Positions 12,201 to 24,381 of a DNA stretch of 64,000 nt are shown one piece after another; position 1 is the first letter of the stretch; each line of letters opens with the position of its first letter. The notes under the pieces were generated by a model. It was given only the letters and a program-made list of their open reading frames with translations, was not told where the DNA came from and did not search any database. A program made the position numbers and the translations under genes. The stretch spans positions 93,160 through 157,159 of the forward strand of contig JAQGDQ010000516.1 in assembly GCA_030141605.1 (NCBI GenBank), read 5' to 3'. This DNA is from Tubiluchus corallicola. Taxonomy: Eukaryota > Animalia > Priapulida.

Positions 12201-15200
12201 TAAAGCACTAATACAAGACACTTTTTTCCATTTAAGCAACAACAACGTTTATTCATTATTCAGACCTTTGGTACTATAAGAATTAAGGCGACTTATGCAA
12301 AAAAAGTAAGAACTTCCTCTCACCAAAAACTCTTTAAACAAAAACCATACTCCATGTGCTCTTTCATACAACAATACTGTACAAAAGTTATTTCATTTAC
12401 ATTACATTCACGTACCCGTTGAAAGCAGCTAGAGGAGAGGCATCAATACATTTTCCTAAGTTGTAGCACCATCTCACGCAAATATCAATCTTTGTCTCCA
12501 ATAAGTTTTTGACATTTGGCTCTCTTATTAATGTGTCACTCATACTTTTACTTGGGCTTGACACACATGCAGTACCATGCAGTATTTCACGACCTGTCGT
12601 TTGCCAAGAAGTACAGAAAGTTTCTACATTTCCATCAGTTAAGTGAGCAAGTTTCAATTTTTTACTTTTTGGAAGATTGTTTGTGTGGCTGAACTTCTCC
12701 GGTACTGCTGCAGCATCACTTATGATCTCAGAATCAGCTGAACTGTTGCATTGTTCACTCCCACTCGGCAGTTCAGTCAAACCAGCATCTCGTGAAAAAG
12801 CTTCTTGGTCATCAACACTTGAAATAATATAATCACTAATTGATGTGAATGAGCTCGTAAGAAGACTTTTATACAACTCAGAAAAATCTTTATCAAAATA
12901 GTTTTCTATGCATTGCACAAATTTTACAGCTGCAAAAGAATCACCTGAGAATGACTGATCATCGGCAACATCTTTAATGTTGCAACAATCACACCAAGTG
13001 TTGGTAATAAATTTCCTCCTGTCAAAAGACTTAGTTTTGCATACATTCCCAAGTTTTGTGGGCAGAGATGCAAGTTTTGCTCTATCAACCTTACCATGAG
13101 ATGTCATGGGCAACGTTTTTATCACAATCATTTCGTCTGGTTGTTCACAACTTTTCAATGAAACTTTCAAATACTGTTTGAGGTTATCAGATTCAGCAGC
13201 TCCAGAACTTAGCGTAATATACATACACAGACTAGCTTCACAGCCATTGCGAAAGACAGCACAACAACTTGTTACGTTTTCATATCTCATAGCTACCTAT
13301 AAAAAATTTACATTTATATTATTAAAGTAATTCAGGATAACCAGATTACTTTAGCCAGACAAACACATCGAAAATAGTGCCCAAAATCAAGCAATCTACA
13401 AAGAGACAAAAGGGCAACAATCCAAGAGGAACAGAAGTGCCTCAACAAAACAAAATCTAAAATAAAACATATGAAAGAAATAATCTTAATAATTACACCA
13501 GTATTCTTGTAAAACTTATACTGCCTAAGGCTATACACTAGACCATAAGCAGTAGAAGTTATTAATAAATGTTAACCTTTTCAAGAGACATAAGGTTCAA
13601 TCTCTTTCCATGGCGTTTCACTTGAGTGTCCTTGCGTCCATGGAAATACATGTTCCCGTCTTTAATTTTTACCCAGTCACCTGTTGCCCTCATTGATTGT
13701 GAAGTAGATGCCGCTTCATCATCAATTAAACACTTCCTCTTGTCACTTCCTAAATACAACAAATAAGGCAATTTGACAATCCTCATCTAATCCTTATCTA
13801 ATTCAACTCGATCAAATAACTGCAAAAAATCTTCATGCATAGCTAAATAAAAGTAGCATCAACAAAGCTTTATCTGGCAAACTGCATGGTGTGAATTTGA
13901 TGTAAATCTGTCAAAGTTTGGTATGTGTTCATCCCAACTAACTCCATCAAAAGGAAATTTATTAAGAGAATGGCTATTAACTCCTTTACTTGCATTGAAA
14001 TCTGTAATGAAAAGGTTTAAAACAGACATTTGTGACTTTTATTTGATGGCATGCTTTGATAATTTTGCCACCCACGTGCACTTGTTGTAGTGGTTTTTGG
14101 TTACTCGCTTACAAAATAATAGTCTGGCAGGCGGTGGGGCGAACCTTGCATTTTCGGGGTAAGTTTTTTCACGGTGATTTTCTCATGTTCTCATGGTCCC
14201 CTTTAAGTCTATTGATGGTGGCTTTCTGTCACCCTTCAGCAGTTTGAGATATTTACCGAAAATACAAGGTTTAGGCAAAAAAATAGCTTTTGGTTCCCTG
14301 ACTATAATGCTTGCTGATTATTCGTGTGAATCGAGACATTATTAATCAATTCACCGCCAAAAACGTTATTTGAAACTCAATATCTCCAGTTCTGTACATA
14401 AGAATCACGCGAGACTTGGCACTAACGTGAGAGTAGCCTAATTCTTGAAGCTTACTCAAATCAGTGAAGAAGGCCAACAAAACTTATAAGCTTGTCTAAA
14501 ATGTAAGCTACATTTATCATTGCAATGAATGCACAGACTACACTGAAATGAGCTCAAATTTAAATTTAATTCACCATCAGCTTTGGATTCAAAAATAAAC
14601 AACTCAAAATTGATATATTTTCAACAGAAGAGTAAAAATTCAGATCAAGCTAATATATAAATATTTCTCAATCAAGTTAAAGTAAACTTGAAATAAGCTC
14701 ACCAACAAATAGCTGTCCAATGCCTTCTGTTATACTAACACCAAATGTGTCTCTAACCTCAACAGCAGTGTCTAACATTGGAGAACCTAATGGAACAGCA
14801 CCATCTGCTCTATCGATAAATATCAAAAAATTGCACGTCAGTTACCTACAGTAGAACCATACCTACAATATGCTCATTGTTTTAAACTGAAGTAATTTAG
14901 ATAAAAGCAAATTATGACATAATCAGAATTCTGATCCCGATCTGCCACCAATACAATTGAGCTTATTTTTATCAATTCAAATTGAAAGACATCCAAGGCA
15001 GGTTTTCTGCACAAGTGAAACTTGGGACTAGAAGTCGCACAGAAAAAATACACAAATCAGAAAAAGGTAAATTAAATTTGCTCATTGAACTGGTGCAAAG
15101 GGAAACGAGTTAAAATAACATTATATTTCAATTTCCTTTAACATCCAAGTAAATAATATTGGCACTTTGAAGAAAAACACGAGTAAAAAAGTGTAAAAGA

Positions 15201-18200
15201 GTAAAACAAAGTTAAAGCATCTATATTTAATTTTAAACAATGAACTATTTCAGTTGCAATATTTACAACGACAAAATATGGCTTTTAGCGGTAAGGCTGA
15301 TAATATTGATGGAAGTTAATTTGTGTAGCACCAATTAGGCAAAATAATACAAAAGAAAATGTCACATTGAAATACCTTAAGTCACTTTCAAGTATTTTAT
15401 ATATGGTAGCCCAGCTTGACACTTCAGTAACACCATAAATATTATAAATGTCAGTTTCATTTTCATTTTGTTTCCAGGAATTTATCGTACCTACAAAACA
15501 AAACTTAAAATATAATAATAAGTTATTTTTTTATATCCATCCCTAGCTTTGCTATTAGTAAAATCCAGTAGGGAAAAATTTTCAATTTGAAATTTCAAAT
15601 TAAGAACTTATTCATTGCATACATGTAAAAATTACAGTATCTAAACAAATTCAACTTGAAGGTACAGGCACAAAAAGTTTTATTCATATAATGTAAATTC
15701 ATAATGTAATCATTTGTCCTTCCTAATTTTATTTCATAGTCTCCCTATAATTTTATTGCTGGAAAAAAGGTTTGAAATAAAAATCTGAACATCAAGCTGA
15801 TATGACTCAGGCAGGCTTAATAAAATGCACAAACAATTCCACTTTAATTTCTTAGTCTCTACAATTTTATTGCTGAAAAATGGTTTGAAAAAAAAATTTG
15901 AACATCAAGCCGATGTGACTCAGGCAGGCTTAAATAAAATGTACAAACAACATCTAAACTCAAATTAGGTTTTCCGGTCCTTAATTTCAAGGACAAGATT
16001 TTCTTTGACAGAACTGCCATAATTTGAAAATTACTATAATTAACTAGTAAACTGATAACTATGTAAACATAAGGAAATTCTAAAATAACATTATAAAGTA
16101 AGTCATTTTTATAGCATTGCATAAAGAACTAATCAAATGCATTCATAACCTCAAAATATGAAGTATTTCTGGGTTACAATACCATTGTGTCTCGTGACAC
16201 CAGCTAACAACTAATTTCTTACAAAAAATGCCTACTGAATGTTACAAAAAGTACCTGTTGAGGGACAAGGCTCTCCACCAAGTAGTAAAACCCGAAGTGC
16301 AGTATCTCTAGATAATAATGAACTTTGCAGCATAAATGGACCGCACTGGTATAACAGAGTTGGTGTAGCCTGCAAATGTTATTATGCTTTATTTAACACT
16401 TGAAAACAGTTATTATAATAACTACATAAAAATCATAAAAAATTAGGAGGATTATAAGAACTGAGTTTGTTTCAAAATTCAACAACTATAAGTTTCCTTC
16501 CATAATTAATAAATAATCTTGAAATAAATCATTATAAACAAGTCATTACATAAGAATCATAGTAAAAATGCCTAAAAACCATCACACGATATAACTTGAA
16601 CATAAAACAACTGCACATGATGTACAAGCACTCATAAAGAATTAGTCTCAAATAACAGAATAACAGAGGATCAAAACATTTTAGTAACCTTGAAAAGCAA
16701 AGTTTTTGTATGTTTCTCAGTCTAACTGAGTCACAGCACAGCAGATTTGTTTTAAGTAATACTGTTCCAAGATATAAAACATTCAGCCATCAACATTAGA
16801 ATGTCTGCCGAGGCAAGCCTTGTTATAATTTCAATGATTACTTTAAAATTAGTGCTTCTGGATTCTGCAATTACTTATTTCTGAATGACAGCTTACGTTT
16901 TTATTAAAGACTAAACCAGCAAAGGACAACTTGTGCAAGCAGTAAAAAGTTATCAAAATCTGTTGAAAACATTGCCCAACAAGATACAATGATTATGCCA
17001 ACAACACAGCTAAGTCACGAAAAATGATAGAAAAAAATTTACAATTTTATGACTACTTTAAAGTGAAAAAATATAGTGATACTTACTTCAGTGATTTGCA
17101 CATAAATCTTATTTTAATGATTTGCGAGCAATACTTGATAAAAGCCTAAATATATCTGTACTTAGAAGTCCAATCTAATCGAGTACAGTCTTTAAAATTT
17201 TAGTTGGGTTCCGGGTCTCTAAACTCGGGACTTTTCTCGTAATTAAGATCTGTACAGTGAGACCACAGATAAAGATTTTTATGGTGAGACAATGGAAGAA
17301 AGGTTTAGTAATCTTAAGCTAACTTATGGCAATGAATCGTAATTATTATCAACTTAAAATTTAAACAGAATCAGTTAAACATCTGCTGCAAAACTGTCAA
17401 TGGACATCTATCAGGTGAAAGAACCTTGAATTAAATAAATAATTATTGAAGCCAAAAACCTTACAACACCTGCAAAATAGAAACTTTGTGGCGTACAGTC
17501 AGCATATCGATTAATGCAGTCGGTGACTGTTTTACAATCTTGTCTGTGATAAGAAGAGTGGCTCCACTTGAAAATGCAACAAACATTTCCACAATACTTG
17601 GGTCAAACGTCATGGGTGAAGCCATAAATATCAAATCATCGACCGTTACATGTAACCTTGACCTATAAATAAATAATCAAGCAGTAAATCATTTACACAG
17701 CACTACTAGAGGCGGCTCCTATGCCGAATGTCCTCCAGGAAAGAGAACCAAGTATCCAACCAAAGCTTAAAAGACTTTTCTGAGTGCTTGTGTCACGTTA
17801 GTGTAAGAAGAAACATTGAACTACCACAGATGTCTTATTTAGATATACTGAGATGTACATACATCACAGAGATCCTTAATAAAATGATTAATCGCGAGAG
17901 CTCTGTTTTTCTGGACCTGTTTTATATTTCCCTATTTTTCCTGTAAAGTGGCAGCTGTCCTCATTCAGAACAAATGTCAAGGAAATTTAGTAACAAATGG
18001 ATTGACTCGACTTTGTTTGACAACCTGCAATCTTAGTAAGGTCTATTAAATAAGGTGTAAAAAAATTGAAAAAACATTTCAGTCAATGTAAAGTATATAT
18101 TTCCATAGCATGCAATGTATTGGTATGTTATTATCATAGTAGTCTCAGATTGTTTGTTGACATCATCATCATCAAGTACCACCTAGCTAGAAACTACTAC

Positions 18201-21200
18201 TCTGGGTGGAATGATGGTCACACAAACAAGATAGAAATTGATAGAATGAATCGCCGCCACGCCTAACAGGGAAACTGCATTACCCATTCTAGAAAGATGC
18301 GGGTTTAAACGTTACGATTGCTAACAATCGTCATTTTTGTGCTTTACTGGTAAATATGGGAATCAAATCATGGTACCACTGTAGTGACAATTGATGTATA
18401 TGCCAACATGAAAAGAAAATTAATGTGAAAGCACCGGCAGGTGCTTTAGTGACAAACCATCAGCTGTCTAATCGACCACCATGCCATGAACTTATATAAA
18501 AGCCCAAGCTGCCCAATAATATCAAGCTGATACACATCTGCAACAATTATGAAGACTGCAATTGTACTGTGCGTAATTCTTTTAACAGCCAGAGTCTACA
18601 GTTTTGCGGCATACTTGAAAGGTAACTCAGTCAATTTAAGTAACGAGTATTTATCATCGGGGGCTGCATTTCTACTTTTCAAATAAACAAACTGGCCAAC
18701 AACAAAGAAAAAAACAATTGCAGCCATCTAAACTAGTCACATCATAAAGCCATAATTGCAAAAAGAACTAATTAAGTGTAGGAGCTGCTATAGCACCGAT
18801 GTGCAGTTCCATCTCTATAAAATAGCAGTCATCAATGAGATAATCTTTCTTAATCAACAATACTTTATCTTCTTTCTATGGTCTTTTGCTTAAACAATGC
18901 TTGTATATAATAGATCCAGGATGCACATTTGATGGAGTAAACTATGACATTGGTGATAACTTCTATCCTAAAAATGGCTGCTTGAAGTGTACTTGTTTTC
19001 CCGAAAGTTCGCATGCATGTGTGACGTAAGTAATATCACAGTAATATTTTATCAAAAAACCTTCGATAATCAGACTTTGTTAATCTAGATTTCAATTTGA
19101 TATAACTCAATACATTTTTAACTCCTTTTTCTCATCACCAGCTGATTTGTCTAACGTTTTCATGTAGTTTTGTAAATTCCTGCACACTTTTTCTAACTTT
19201 TCTTTAACAGCTACATTAGTCTGGTGGTTCATTGTATCAGTCTCTTTTTTGTTTATGTCTGGACATCAAGCCATCTAGAAAAGTAGTTACAAGCTAGAAA
19301 GTAGTTGGGCTGACGTCACTAAACAAGGTTACTCACATATCACATTATTATCATCTCAGCCTGACATGAACGTATTAGTGAGCTGACACACATTGTCCAT
19401 TGCATGCTATCGAGCTTTATGTGTCTTTACACGGACAAAAATACTTTTTTCCATTTTTGACATTTTACTTAGTAGGCATTACTATGATTAGAACTGCATT
19501 GCAGAACCCGACGTTTGTATGCTCGAATGCAGTATGTACTACATAACTGACATGAAAAATAACACTTGAACTCAAGCACTTTTTGACGGATTTGATTTAC
19601 TAATGCAGAGAACTGCTAGTTAAACAAAATTTGCATATATATTTGATTTACCAAGGTACTGCCAGAACGTTGGCAGTGCCTCTTCATTTCAAGCAGATAC
19701 TACAAAATTTTAGATAAGCTGAAAATATATCATAACAAAAGAAATTGTAGGAGAAGAACAAAACAGCAAAGTTCACCGTCCATGTCAATCCTTATTAAAA
19801 GGTCATAAATAAAGGAAAGGCCAAGCCTTTTTCCAGGCCTATTTCAATGTTTGTGAAAAGTATTGGAAAGATTTATTCATAAAAGTGTGGTAAGCCCCTC
19901 GTACAATTAGTAAAACTACTTTAAAGTCGCTATCATTTCAAGCTTTGACGTTCCAATTTTGAAAGTTCATTTTCAGCCAATGACGTTGTTCATTGGTTGA
20001 AGAAAAGCGGTGCACAGTCAATTTCCATCAAAAATTTAAGAGGTTTTTAGAAAAAAAATAGATAGTTAATTGATATTTTAGCACGCACATTGTGTAAGCT
20101 GCAGAAGTCTGCACTAAGTAGCGTGTCCTTATGGAAAGCCACGATGCACTTACAAAAAGTCAGAAAATCCACCAATTATGTCAGAATTTACAGGGGAATG
20201 GCGGCAACCACCATGCCTGATAATTTCTGTACAGCAGTAGTATAAATTAACTTTATTATTTATATACAATTTTTTGCAGATTTCTTTGTTATATTTTTCT
20301 AAATTTAAGCAATAACTACAAAATAAACCCAACATGCTAAGTGACTTGTCCTTTCCTTTAATATTAACAGATTTAAAATTTAAGAACATGTAAAATCCTG
20401 CTTCTAGACTAAAATACTAAATTCGAAATCTGTTATTCTTCATAATGAGTCTCTATGGATGTCAAAATATTAACTGTTAATATTAAACTTTGCTTTCTGT
20501 TTTACACATGTCCTCTTTCTGCAATTACTTTTTCATATGCACAAAGATAAAAATTTTCAAAATAAACATTAGTGAGAATTTGCTACATTACTAAAACAAA
20601 GGCAAAATTTAGCGCACTTATTATTAATTTAAACATTTGAATGGTACTTTAGTTTTACACACTGAAACATATCAACTTTCTAAGTCAAATTTATATAATT
20701 TCTTTGTTATGATATAGCTGCCCAGCATTTCAAGCTCCAGGATGTCAAATCGTACCAGGAGACCCAAATGCACAGTTTCCAGGATGTTGTGATAAACCTG
20801 AATGTCCCTCAGCAAAATAATACTTGGGTAAGTAAGCTTTTCAACAATTTATAATTTACTATGCAAGCCATGTTTACATCCAAATGATAACAAAACACAA
20901 TAAACTGTTTGTAAGGTATAATAACAGCAATCTTATGTTTGATTAGTACTTAGTACTTATCTTAACGACCAAGAAACATAAAAAACAGCTCTTTACTGAC
21001 ATTGCATTTTTTAATAATTTTGTTGATAAATAAATTAGCAGAAATGTACTCTAAACATAGTATAACTAAAATGTTGTTCTCAAAATAAATTAGCAAAAAT
21101 AATTTATCACTTTGACGCATGGAATTAGAATATGGTATTTAAAATGGCATACGCAAAATTGGGGCTAAAGTGCAAAAAAAGTGAAAAAAGGATCACATGA

Positions 21201-24200
21201 GTTGTAAAAAAAAGAAAACTACAATAACTTTTCGCTACAAGAGTCTTTAACCAGAAAGTTAAGTGGGAAAGCTTGTTAAAGCACATTATGCATTAATGTA
21301 AAATAAACATTCAATTTTGTGTTTTTTCTATTTTACAGAAAATGAAACCTAAAGAAGAAAGTTTACCAGCAATCTAAAGCAAGCATTGAAAGCAATCAGC
21401 CAAAGTTTTAATAATATTTTTTACAATCCTTGCTAATTAAAATGTAACTGGTAAACATTAAATCAGAGATGTGCAAAACATGATAGTTCATCTTTCTTTG
21501 ATAGGTCTCTCCACTCTCTTTCTCTCCATATCCCCCTGAAGAGATTGACAGAGGTACCTGCACTGGCACCACGGAAGAGGCAACTCTGTAAGAATCAGCC
21601 AGTAATTTATCAATAACCTCTTGAAATTTTACTGTGTTGTAAAGAAATACTCATACCTTAAATCTAAGACATTTGGCACGATGCAATCATGAGGTACATG
21701 AACAATTTTCGGAAACCCTGTTGTTCCAGAAGTTGTAATTGTAAATGCCAGATTAGCTTCTTTTCTATCCAAGTCCTTTGTGGAGCGGGAACCTGAGCTG
21801 TCGCAAGCCAATGATACATGCAGCATTGAAACAAGATGGCCACAAATGTTGACTGAGTTCACTCTAGTTAAGGGTAAATCTACTAGTTTCGAAAGTAAAT
21901 CCTGAAAAGCAGAATCATATCATTAAACACTGTTTGAATAAGGACATAAGTTGTCCAGATCATTTATTTAGCAATAAGCCTTTTCACAGTTTCGTTGTGT
22001 GCAGCACGTGCAGCTGCTGTAGGTCATAGCGTAAGTGAACATCAGCAACACGCCTTAGCTACAACCGTCTTGTGAGATGCGGGTTAAAGCAAAGCTGTCT
22101 GCAGCCAGCAGTGCAATAACTTCAGTTGTTTTACGTGGGCTTTACGTAATAATGCATAAGTCTGTGGATAGAGTGATTTACTAGCAGGATCTTGCTTGGG
22201 AACAAAAAATAAATAAACTAGATAGCTGTTAATACTGCTAATTTGATAATAGCATGGACTGCAAGGCACCGTCTGGTTCATTTAACATTTGACCTTTTCA
22301 CGAATATCATCAATCGCTCGAACTGCGAAAAAGTTTATTGCTTAAAACCAAACACTTTGCTGATGAAACAATGAGAACTTGCAGATTCAACTTTGGCACA
22401 CACAACACAGCTTTCTTCTTAAGAAACCATAAAAAATTGTACATATTTTAACTGACTCTGCATTTATTACATCGCTGTATATAAATCTAAACTACATTCT
22501 ACTTTCTGAAAAAAATTGACTTAGATGGAAACATTTTTGCTTTTATTTTTGTAAACACAAAGTGTCACTAGTCAGTCAGACAAAGAGATGGATGCTGTCA
22601 ATCCCGATTTTAAGTATTTTGCATAATTGCAGACTTATTTATCCAAGAAATCCAAAAGGTGAACAAGTTTGGTAAAGTAAGGAGTGCTTGAGCAGATGGT
22701 TTAGTACTAGCAGCGGATAAACAATTTCATTGTCTAAAGTGCAACACATAGTGCACAGTACATAGGTGCAAAACCGAAATCGCACAATACAGTTATGCAG
22801 CACTAGAGCATTCTTCTCATTGAAAAAAAATGTATGGGACTAACTCTCATCTGAATGCAGGCAAGCCACCTCTGTCACTTCATTGTCTCATCTCTAGGAA
22901 CTATTCTTGACAAAAAGGGTAAGTTTTGGTATGGCAAAAACCATTCACTATCATTAGTGCACATTGGCGATACTTGCTGCAGCAAACCTGCACTTTAGTC
23001 TGGGCTTAATTTAGTGTACAAGCTGAGTTAAAATATAGTTACCTGCTCTGCTGAAGTGTCACACAGGATCATGCTGATACCTGCTTCCTTGATTAAATAT
23101 TGCAAATTAGAGGCTGGAGATTCTTCATCCAAATACACAAACGAACTTGCACTATCAAGAACACTATAAAAACAAACCCAAATAGTACAGCTTCCAAAAC
23201 ATGGTTTAGCACACTTCTATTAGTCTAATAAATCCTAATGTTCAAAGCGTAAAGGTGTTTAAAGCCCAATAAACTGCCTTGATCTGCATAATTTTTTGTG
23301 AATAACCAGCCAATGGCTGGCGCAAGTTCCATGTCACCACGGCTGGATTATCCGATAGGCTAGTATAGGCTCTGATACCATTTGGTAAAAAAAAATCTGT
23401 TTTTTTGCTACAGTTGTGTTAAAATACGTTTATGCTAATTTGGTTTGCAACAAATAGTAAAATAGTGATATTTCTTAAATAAAATTTTAATGACAAACAA
23501 ACGATAGCTATTCTAATTTTTTTTATTCAAAAATTTGCAATAAGTTTACTTCAAGTTATGTAAATGTTGCTAAAATACATTACCAGTAAAAATATTCAAG
23601 ACTGGTGCAGGAGAGTTAAAGGGTAGCTCCATTGGAGGGGGCCCACAATTTCATTAGCCCAGGGGCCCCAAAAGGTCATAATCTGACTCTGCATGTCAGA
23701 ACTAGGTTTAACTGGCCAATGAAGAACAATTTGCTACACCATTTTTTTTACATCAAGAGTCCTTAAATCAAGATTTTTCATTGACACTATATGTTCAGTT
23801 TGCCCGTTTAATGGCACAAACCATGTGTGTGATACTGACACCACCCACTTACTATTTAGAAAATGTCACAAGTAAATTATACTACAAAAGGCTTAAACAA
23901 TCAAAGGTTTTTCAACCTTCTAGAACTCTAGACTACTAAAGAAAACCTAACAACGTACCAGCTACCAATTAAAATAAAAACTTGTAAATCTTCCTTATTT
24001 GCCACAAGGACAGTTTGTCAAAGGCAAAAATAATGAATAATATAAAGTCCTGAGGTAAAATTTACAATAAATAACAAGTCCTAGATAAAATTTGCAAGGT
24101 AAAAAACAAAGACAATTTAAAATGTGAAGTAGTTATCAATACCCCAAAATTAATGCCGGTAAATGCTCAGCGGCAGAGCAAATAACTCCAACTGAATTTT

Positions 24201-24381
24201 TGCTCATGATCAAATTGGAGTGCGAGCGGAGAACATCAATAACTTCATCCTTCAATTCTCCTAATTCAAAATAAGTCAGCTTGGCGTGCGTCTTCTTATC
24301 GTCAAAAATAACAGCAGTTTGATTCGAAAATGTCTCTAAACTGGTTTGAAACAATGCGCTTAGATTTGTGTCACCTGCCAT
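9201..24381 (-). CDS. AASDH: AASDH/ACSF4 beta-alanine-activating NRPS-like enzyme (adenylation, carrier and PQQ-type beta-propeller domains); 14 coding exons: 24381-24143, 23163-23043, 21901-21657, 17662-17470, 16369-16255, 15490-15376, 14809-14703, 13749-13577, 13296-12416, 11842-11694, 11216-11053, 10398-10273, 10066-9935, 9608-9201; 1055 aa
   Basis: All introns GT-AG with consistent phase (3168 nt in total); motifs TTSGTTGFPK, TFDPSIVE, LGGE, YGVTEVSSW, ATGD, GRKDTQVKRHGKR, LPMTSHGKVD; carrier Ser in GDS; repeated SSP propeller motifs; C-terminal GCRDDNVYCLD. Confidence 0.96.
15750..15950. repeat. Two-copy direct repeat (about 87-bp unit) in an AASDH intron
   Basis: attttattgctg...gaacatcaagc(t/c)gat(a/g)tgactcaggcaggctta...acaaacaa at about 15750-15836 and 15864-15950. 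Confidence 0.85.
18494..18502 (+). promoter_or_regulatory. TATA box of the nested VWC-domain gene
   Basis: tatataaaa about 55 nt upstream of the ATG at 18549. Confidence 0.6.
18549..20820 (+). CDS. Nested secreted single von Willebrand factor type C domain protein (SVWC-like); exons 18549-18621, 18914-19025, 20718-20820; 95 aa
   Basis: Splices in frame (phase 1, then phase 2; donors gtaact and gtaagt) to MKTAIVLCVILLTARVYSFAAYLKDPGCTFDGVNYDIGDNFYPKNGCLKCTCFPESSHACVTCPAFQAPGCQIVPGDPNAQFPGCCDKPECPSAK*; hydrophobic signal peptide followed by a 10-Cys VWC pattern. Confidence 0.9.
23338..23691. mobile_element. hAT-type MITE, copy 1
   Basis: Degenerate TIRs cacggctggattat / ataatctgactctg; 8-bp TSD catgtcac / catgtcag; reverse-complement homology along its length to 53285-53625. 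Confidence 0.75.

Noticed and set aside
13977-14450. GC-richer intronic block resembling a non-autonomous DNA transposon
   Set aside because: No matching pair of termini or TSD could be identified
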